Part shown: one piece after another, positions 23,500 through 27,611 of the stretch
Layout: each line of letters begins with the position of its first letter
How positions within the stretch are numbered: position 1 is the stretch's first letter
Virus record (IMG/VR): IMGVR_UViG_3300037851_001237
Location: 1 to 27,611 of that record
Origin: a virus
Lineage: Duplodnaviria > Caudoviricetes
Length of the DNA stretch: 27,611 bases
Direction: 5' to 3' (one strand)
Notes under the pieces: model-generated
Seen by the model: only the letters and a program-made list of their open reading frames with translations
What the model was told of the DNA's origin: nothing
Databases searched by the model: none
Translations under genes and position numbers: made by a program

Positions 23500-24636
23500 A
23501 TGACCTTCCCCGTTAAGTGGTTCCACTCCGGAATGGGCGGCGCTCCGCGCTGTTCCGGCACGGCGGGCGATTTGATCGCCCTGCTCGATGGCTGTTTGAT
23601 CAACGGCTTCAACCTGCTGGCCCCTTCCTCGGTGGTGGTGGCCTCTGGGGTGGCCACGGCCAATTTCGCCGCGCCGCATGGGTTCGTTCCGCATCAGGTG
23701 ATCCGGGTGGCGGGGGCCTCCCCCAACGAGCTGAACGGCGAGGCGCGGGTGGTTTCCGTGGCCTCCAATAGCCTGACCTTCGCCACTACGGCGGCGGATG
23801 GGACGGCCTCGGGGTCGATCTCCATCAAGGCCGCGCCCATCGGCGACTGGGAGAAGGTGTTCAGCGGGACCAATAAGGCGGTCTATCGCTCCTCCGACGT
23901 CACCGGAAACCGCGCCTGGCTGCGGGTGGATGACTCGGCGACCACGACGGCGCGGGCGCGGTTCTACGAGTCGATGACCGATGTCGATACCGGGGAAGGC
24001 CCGATGCCGACCGTGGCCCAGAGCGCGAATGGCGCTTGGTGGCCGCGCTCCGATACGGCGGGCACGACGGCCCGAAGCTGGGCGCTGGTGGGGGATGGCA
24101 AGCTGTTTTTCCTGGGAGTCAGGCCGGCGGCGGCGGATAGCTCCTATGCCTGTAGCTGGTGGGTGGCCGGGGAGATCGTCTCCTACAAGACGGCCGATGG
24201 GTACGGGGCGGTGCTGCTGGAGGCGATGGATTACTACGGCTATAACTCCCGGCTGGCCTATTTCGACGGTTCGATTGGCAACGGCTTCTACGTGCAGCGG
24301 ACCCATACCCAGCTCGGCTCGGCGGTGGGCTGTGGCATCTATGGCTGCCGTCTGGGCATGTCATCCGGGGTCAACGGTCTGGCCTATCCGAGCCCGGTGG
24401 ATAACGGGCTGATGGTCCATCGCGGGATTTTGCTGGTGGAGTCCGGGGCGATCCGGGGGGAGCTGCCGGGGTTGTTGCAGATCCCGCAGAATGTGGGGAC
24501 GGCGTTGCCGCAAGCGACGGTGGATGCGGGTTTCGCGGGTTTCGATGGGCGGCTGGTGGGGGTGTTCCGGATGGCTACCCCTGGTTGGGGTACCGGGGCG
24601 ATCGGGTTTGACCTTACCGGGCCGTGGAGGTCGTAA
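23500..24636 (+). CDS. Tail fibre/receptor-binding-type virion protein, 378 aa
   Basis: Start reassigned to ATG 23500 (GGAG SD); VKWFHSGM.GAP..SG.AG.LI.LLD.CL.NGF, WEK.FSGTNKAVYRS, LRVDD, FDLTGPWR. Confidence 0.8.
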   Translation: MTFPVKWFHSGMGGAPRCSGTAGDLIALLDGCLINGFNLLAPSSVVVASGVATANFAAPHGFVPHQVIRVAGASPNELNGEARVVSVASNSLTFATTAADGTASGSISIKAAPIGDWEKVFSGTNKAVYRSSDVTGNRAWLRVDDSATTTARARFYESMTDVDTGEGPMPTVAQSANGAWWPRSDTAGTTARSWALVGDGKLFFLGVRPAAADSSYACSWWVAGEIVSYKTADGYGAVLLEAMDYYGYNSRLAYFDGSIGNGFYVQRTHTQLGSAVGCGIYGCRLGMSSGVNGLAYPSPVDNGLMVHRGILLVESGAIRGELPGLLQIPQNVGTALPQATVDAGFAGFDGRLVGVFRMATPGWGTGAIGFDLTGPWRS

Positions 24637-24938
24637 TGGGCCGGCTGTTGGGTGGCGGTGGCGGGGCGTTCGCGGCGCTGGCCCGAAGTGATCGGGTGGA
24701 CGGCGGTTCGCGCCGGATCGAGGGGCTGGTAACGGTGGATGGGGTGCCGGCGGCGCGGCGGGTGCGGTTGCATGATCAGCCCTCGGGCCGACTGCTGCGC
24801 GAAGGGTGGAGCGGGGCGGATGGGGTCTATGCGTTCAACTACCTTCGCGCCGGGACCTTCTATGTGGTAGGGCTGGATCATACCGGGCAATTCGATCCGG
24901 AGGCGAAGTCCGATCTTGCCTCGGAGCCGATGCCATGA
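24636..24938 (+). CDS. Small Ig/carboxypeptidase-regulatory-like domain tail protein, 100 aa
   Basis: TAATG coupling; I.G.VTVDGVPA.RRVRL.D..SG.L..E.WS.ADG.Y.F..L..G.FYVV..D. Confidence 0.8.
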   Translation: MGRLLGGGGGAFAALARSDRVDGGSRRIEGLVTVDGVPAARRVRLHDQPSGRLLREGWSGADGVYAFNYLRAGTFYVVGLDHTGQFDPEAKSDLASEPMP

Positions 24939-25324
24939 TTTGGGTCCGCTCGCTGGCGGTGCGCAATGCGCGGGCCTCCGCCGCGGCGGCCCTGTTGGCG
25001 GGGGGCGAGTTGCGCCTCTACGCGGGGTCGATGCCGGTGAACGGCGAGGCGGTGACGGATCAGACCCTGTTGGCGGCCTGGCCGCTGGCGGACCCGGCGG
25101 GGACGGTGGCGGATGGGGTGTTCGAGCTGACCCTGCCGGAGACGGTGATGGCGGCGGGGAGCGGTTCGGCGACCTGGTGCCGGTTCGTGGATTCCGCCGA
25201 TGGGTGGGTGATGGATTTGGACGCCGGCGGCGCGGGGTCCGGGAAGGCGGTGACGGTGTCGCCGGTTGAAATTTACGCGGGTGGCCAGGTTCAGGTGTTG
25301 GCGTTTCGCTGGACCGAGCCCTGA
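24935..25324 (+). CDS. Tail-associated protein, 129 aa
   Basis: ATGA coupling (MIWVRSLAVRNARA...); LRLYAG..P...LLA...L..P.G.V..G.......G.ATW.RF....G..VMD.D.G. Confidence 0.75.
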   Translation: MIWVRSLAVRNARASAAAALLAGGELRLYAGSMPVNGEAVTDQTLLAAWPLADPAGTVADGVFELTLPETVMAAGSGSATWCRFVDSADGWVMDLDAGGAGSGKAVTVSPVEIYAGGQVQVLAFRWTEP

Positions 25325-25339
25325 TGCAGGGGGGCGTGA

Positions 25340-27427
25340 ATGGCGGTTGAACTGCGATTTCACGCCCAGCGGGTCGGCGGCGATGCGGACCTGGCGCTGG
25401 GGGAGGTGCGGCCGAGCTGGCCCCGTTCCCTGGCGGCCGATTTGGTCTGGCCGGAGGCGACGCTGGAGGCGTCCATCGGCAATCTGGCCCTGGTGGGGGC
25501 GGATTTGGCCTGGCCCGACGCGGTGGTGGAGGGGGATTTTTCCTATCGCGCCGATGTACTGAGGGGGCCGCGCGGCGGGGTGGCGGCGGGGCATGGGGCG
25601 GCGCTGGCGGTTCCGCTGGCGCGGGCTTCCGGGTGGAATGCCGGGATGGCGGTGCGCCCGCTGGCGGTGGGGCCCTGGGAGGCGGCCAGGGCGTTGCCGG
25701 TTGATCAGGGGCTGGGCTGGGAGGCGATGGCGCGGCTTCCGCGTCAAGCCGCTCCGGCTTGGGAGAAGGCGGTTCCCGTTCCCGGTTCCGGGTCCATCCC
25801 TTGGGTGGCGTTGCGGGGCCGCCCTTCGGCCCGGCGAGAGCCCTGGGAGGCGGGGCGGGCGGTTCCCTTGGCGGTGGCCTCGCCTTATATCTATTTGGTC
25901 CGCCGGCATGATCGTTCGTCTCAGGGGTGGGAGGCGGGGGCCGGCCGGGCGCTGGCGGTCGGGTTCGTCTATTCGCCCCTGCCCCCGCGCCATCGCCAGA
26001 CCAGGCGGATTCCTTGGGAGGAGGGGGCGCATCTGGCGGCGCTTTGGCCCCGTCCCATCGTGCCGTTGCCGCCTCCCCCGCGTCCCGCTCCGACGGCTGA
26101 TTTGGATTTTCGCTGCCCCGCTTCAGGCGGGGCGCGCTTGCCCTTTGGTCGGCGCTGCCCGGCCTATCCTCCCCCTCGTTATCGCATCCCCATTCGGAGG
26201 ATCTACCTGATGTTGCACGACGTGACCGTTACCCGGTTGGGCGATGGCTATCCGGTGCGCTGTTCGCGCCTCTCCCTGGGTCTGGACGCCGATAGCTGGG
26301 GTTGGACCTGGCAGGCGACGGTGTTGGGGCGGCCCTCGCTGGATGCGGTGATGCCGGAGCAAAACGGCGAGCCGGTAACGCTGGAGGTGCAAATCAACGG
26401 CCATGTCTGGCACCTGCTGGCGGAGGAGTGGGAGGAGTCCCGCCAGTTCGGTCAGCGGGGGGTGACGGTGCGCGGGCGGGGGCTCAATGCCCTATTGGCG
26501 GAGCCGTTCCGGCTGGTGGGGGATGGGGTGTCGGACTCGACCATGACGGCGGCGCAGCTTGCCGATGCGCATCTGCCGCTGGGGGAGGGATGGGCGCTGA
26601 CCTGGGGCGGGCTGGATTGGCTGGTGCCGGCGGGGGCCTGGAGCTGGCAAGGCAAGAGTCCGATGGGGGCGATCCACGAGATTGCCCAGGCGGTGCGCTA
26701 CCGGGTCAACCCGGCCAAGACCGGCCGGGCGCTGGCGATCGTTCCGCGCTACCCGGTGTTGCCCTGGAACTACGCCACGGCCACGCCTGACCTGGTGGTT
26801 CCGGCGGCCGCTACGGTGCAAATCACCCGGCGGCAGTCGCTGCCATCCGGCATCGATGGGGTGTTCGTGCACGGCGGATCGGTGGGGGGCGTGCTTGCGT
26901 TTGTGCGCCGCGACGGCACGGCCGGGGCTGACCTCGCCCCAACCCAGAGTCACCCGCTGATTACCCACGTGGACGCCGCGCGGGCGCTGGGAGAGGGCAT
27001 CCTGGCCGGCTACCACCAGCAACCCCTGGTGCGGTCGCTATCCATGCCGCTGGGAGGCGCCCACCCGCTGGTGGAGGTCGGCCATTTGCTACGGGTGGAC
27101 CTGGACGGCGCGGCCGTCTGGGGCATCGCCAGCGCCGTATCGGTGGCGGTGGATTGGTCCAACGGGGTGAAGGCGCGGCAGAACGTGACCCTGGGGGAAG
27201 AGACCAGCAACCCGTTCAACCGCTTCAAGCGGCTGACTCCAACCGCCCGGACGCTGATGGGGCGGATTGAAGCGGTGCTAGGCGGTGGCAAGGTGCTGGT
27301 CAGCCTGACCGGAGGCGGGACGGCGCAGGCGGTGGGAGAGGGGGAGATCGGGGGTATGGTGTTCGTGAAGGATGGGCGGGTGGCGGGGGAAGCGCCGGAG
27401 ATGGCGCGGGTGGAGGTGGGTGTTTAG
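25340..27427 (+). CDS. Tail tip/hub protein, 695 aa (last phage gene)
   Basis: Trp-periodic N-terminal repeats; IP.RR.Y.M...V...R..D, L.LDADSW.W.W.A, DWLVPAGAWS.QG..PM.AI..IA.A, PRYP..PW. Confidence 0.8.
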   Translation: MAVELRFHAQRVGGDADLALGEVRPSWPRSLAADLVWPEATLEASIGNLALVGADLAWPDAVVEGDFSYRADVLRGPRGGVAAGHGAALAVPLARASGWNAGMAVRPLAVGPWEAARALPVDQGLGWEAMARLPRQAAPAWEKAVPVPGSGSIPWVALRGRPSARREPWEAGRAVPLAVASPYIYLVRRHDRSSQGWEAGAGRALAVGFVYSPLPPRHRQTRRIPWEEGAHLAALWPRPIVPLPPPPRPAPTADLDFRCPASGGARLPFGRRCPAYPPPRYRIPIRRIYLMLHDVTVTRLGDGYPVRCSRLSLGLDADSWGWTWQATVLGRPSLDAVMPEQNGEPVTLEVQINGHVWHLLAEEWEESRQFGQRGVTVRGRGLNALLAEPFRLVGDGVSDSTMTAAQLADAHLPLGEGWALTWGGLDWLVPAGAWSWQGKSPMGAIHEIAQAVRYRVNPAKTGRALAIVPRYPVLPWNYATATPDLVVPAAATVQITRRQSLPSGIDGVFVHGGSVGGVLAFVRRDGTAGADLAPTQSHPLITHVDAARALGEGILAGYHQQPLVRSLSMPLGGAHPLVEVGHLLRVDLDGAAVWGIASAVSVAVDWSNGVKARQNVTLGEETSNPFNRFKRLTPTARTLMGRIEAVLGGGKVLVSLTGGGTAQAVGEGEIGGMVFVKDGRVAGEAPEMARVEVGV

Positions 27428-27445
27428 CGCAATTTCGTTGCGCTA
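27425..27445. terminator. 8-bp hairpin at the end of the late operon
   Basis: TAGCGCAA-TTTCG-TTGCGCTA; no clear U-tract. Confidence 0.35.
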
Positions 27446-27460
27446 GGCGCAACCTGAAAA

Positions 27461-27508
27461 GGTGCCAAATATCGCGCATTTTGGTGCCAAATATCGCGCG
27501 CCGCTACA
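27461..27508 (+). repeat. Prophage right end (attR): two transposase-binding repeats and terminal CA
   Basis: GGTGCCAAATATCGCGC at 27461-27477 and 27483-27499 (22-bp period), then GCCGCTACA ending at 27508; Mu-family ends are 5'-TG...CA-3'. Confidence 0.85.
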
Positions 27509-27611
27509 TTCACCATGCGATGCCTCCCCTCCACATCCTTGGCGAAGAAGACCGCCGGCAGGCTCTCGATGATGGTCTCCATCTCGCGCCGGGCGGTATC
27601 CGCCGCCTGCC
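27509..27611 (-). pseudogene. Host PAS-domain signalling gene interrupted by the prophage (5' part lies beyond the window)
   Basis: Minus strand reads QAADTARREMETIIESLPAVFFAKDVEGRHRMVN, the start of a PAS fold, and runs straight into the phage TG end. Confidence 0.75.

Larger units (their letters stand above)
1..27508. mobile_element. Transposable (Mu-like, B3/BcepMu-type) prophage, central and right part; left end lies outside the window
   Basis: DDE transposase, Ner-like/repressor switch, Mu-type protease I, gpT capsid, gp36-like gene, tail genes, and a terminal CA preceded by tandem 17-bp repeats, followed by host coding sequence. Confidence 0.95.

Noticed and set aside
1-27611. cas genes, reverse transcriptase/DGR, DNA invertase, tRNA or rRNA genes
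   Set aside because: No motifs or template/variable repeat pairs recognised by eye; a sensitive HMM or covariance search was not possible

Overview
High-GC (roughly 68-70% by eye) window almost entirely occupied by the central and right part of a transposable (Mu-like, B3/BcepMu-type early region, siphovirus-type tail) prophage, probably in a proteobacterium. Left to right: a leftward early operon (DDE transposase running off the left edge, conserved upstream gene, IclR-type HTH, DUF551-like protein, Ner/BcepMu gp16-like protein), a divergent XRE repressor with a palindromic operator inside a TTGACA-17-CATACT promoter, a patch of small accessory ORFs, then a rightward late operon (protease I, decoration protein, gpT major capsid, gp35/36/37-like connectors, tail tube, a six-gene decoration/fibre-like block, 1712-aa tape measure, tail tip genes). 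The element ends at ...CTACA (27508), after two 17-bp transposase-binding repeats, and interrupts a host PAS-domain gene. The best finding is a cas-less type I-E mini-CRISPR array (two repeats, one 32-nt spacer) immediately downstream of the major capsid gene. It is on the minus strand with its own predicted promoter and a downstream hairpin. Its spacer translates as LPIKPKTIIVG, the homologue of this phage's own capsid segment LNLNPNTIICG (24/32 nt identical, AAG PAM, seed mismatches), which suggests a crRNA aimed at the capsid gene of a related competing phage. No terminase, portal, gpF/gpG or lysis genes are seen in the window. Several REP/MITE-like repeat families sit in the prophage, some in frame within genes or as translationally coupled mini-ORFs. 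All assignments are by eye from motifs and synteny; no database searches were run.
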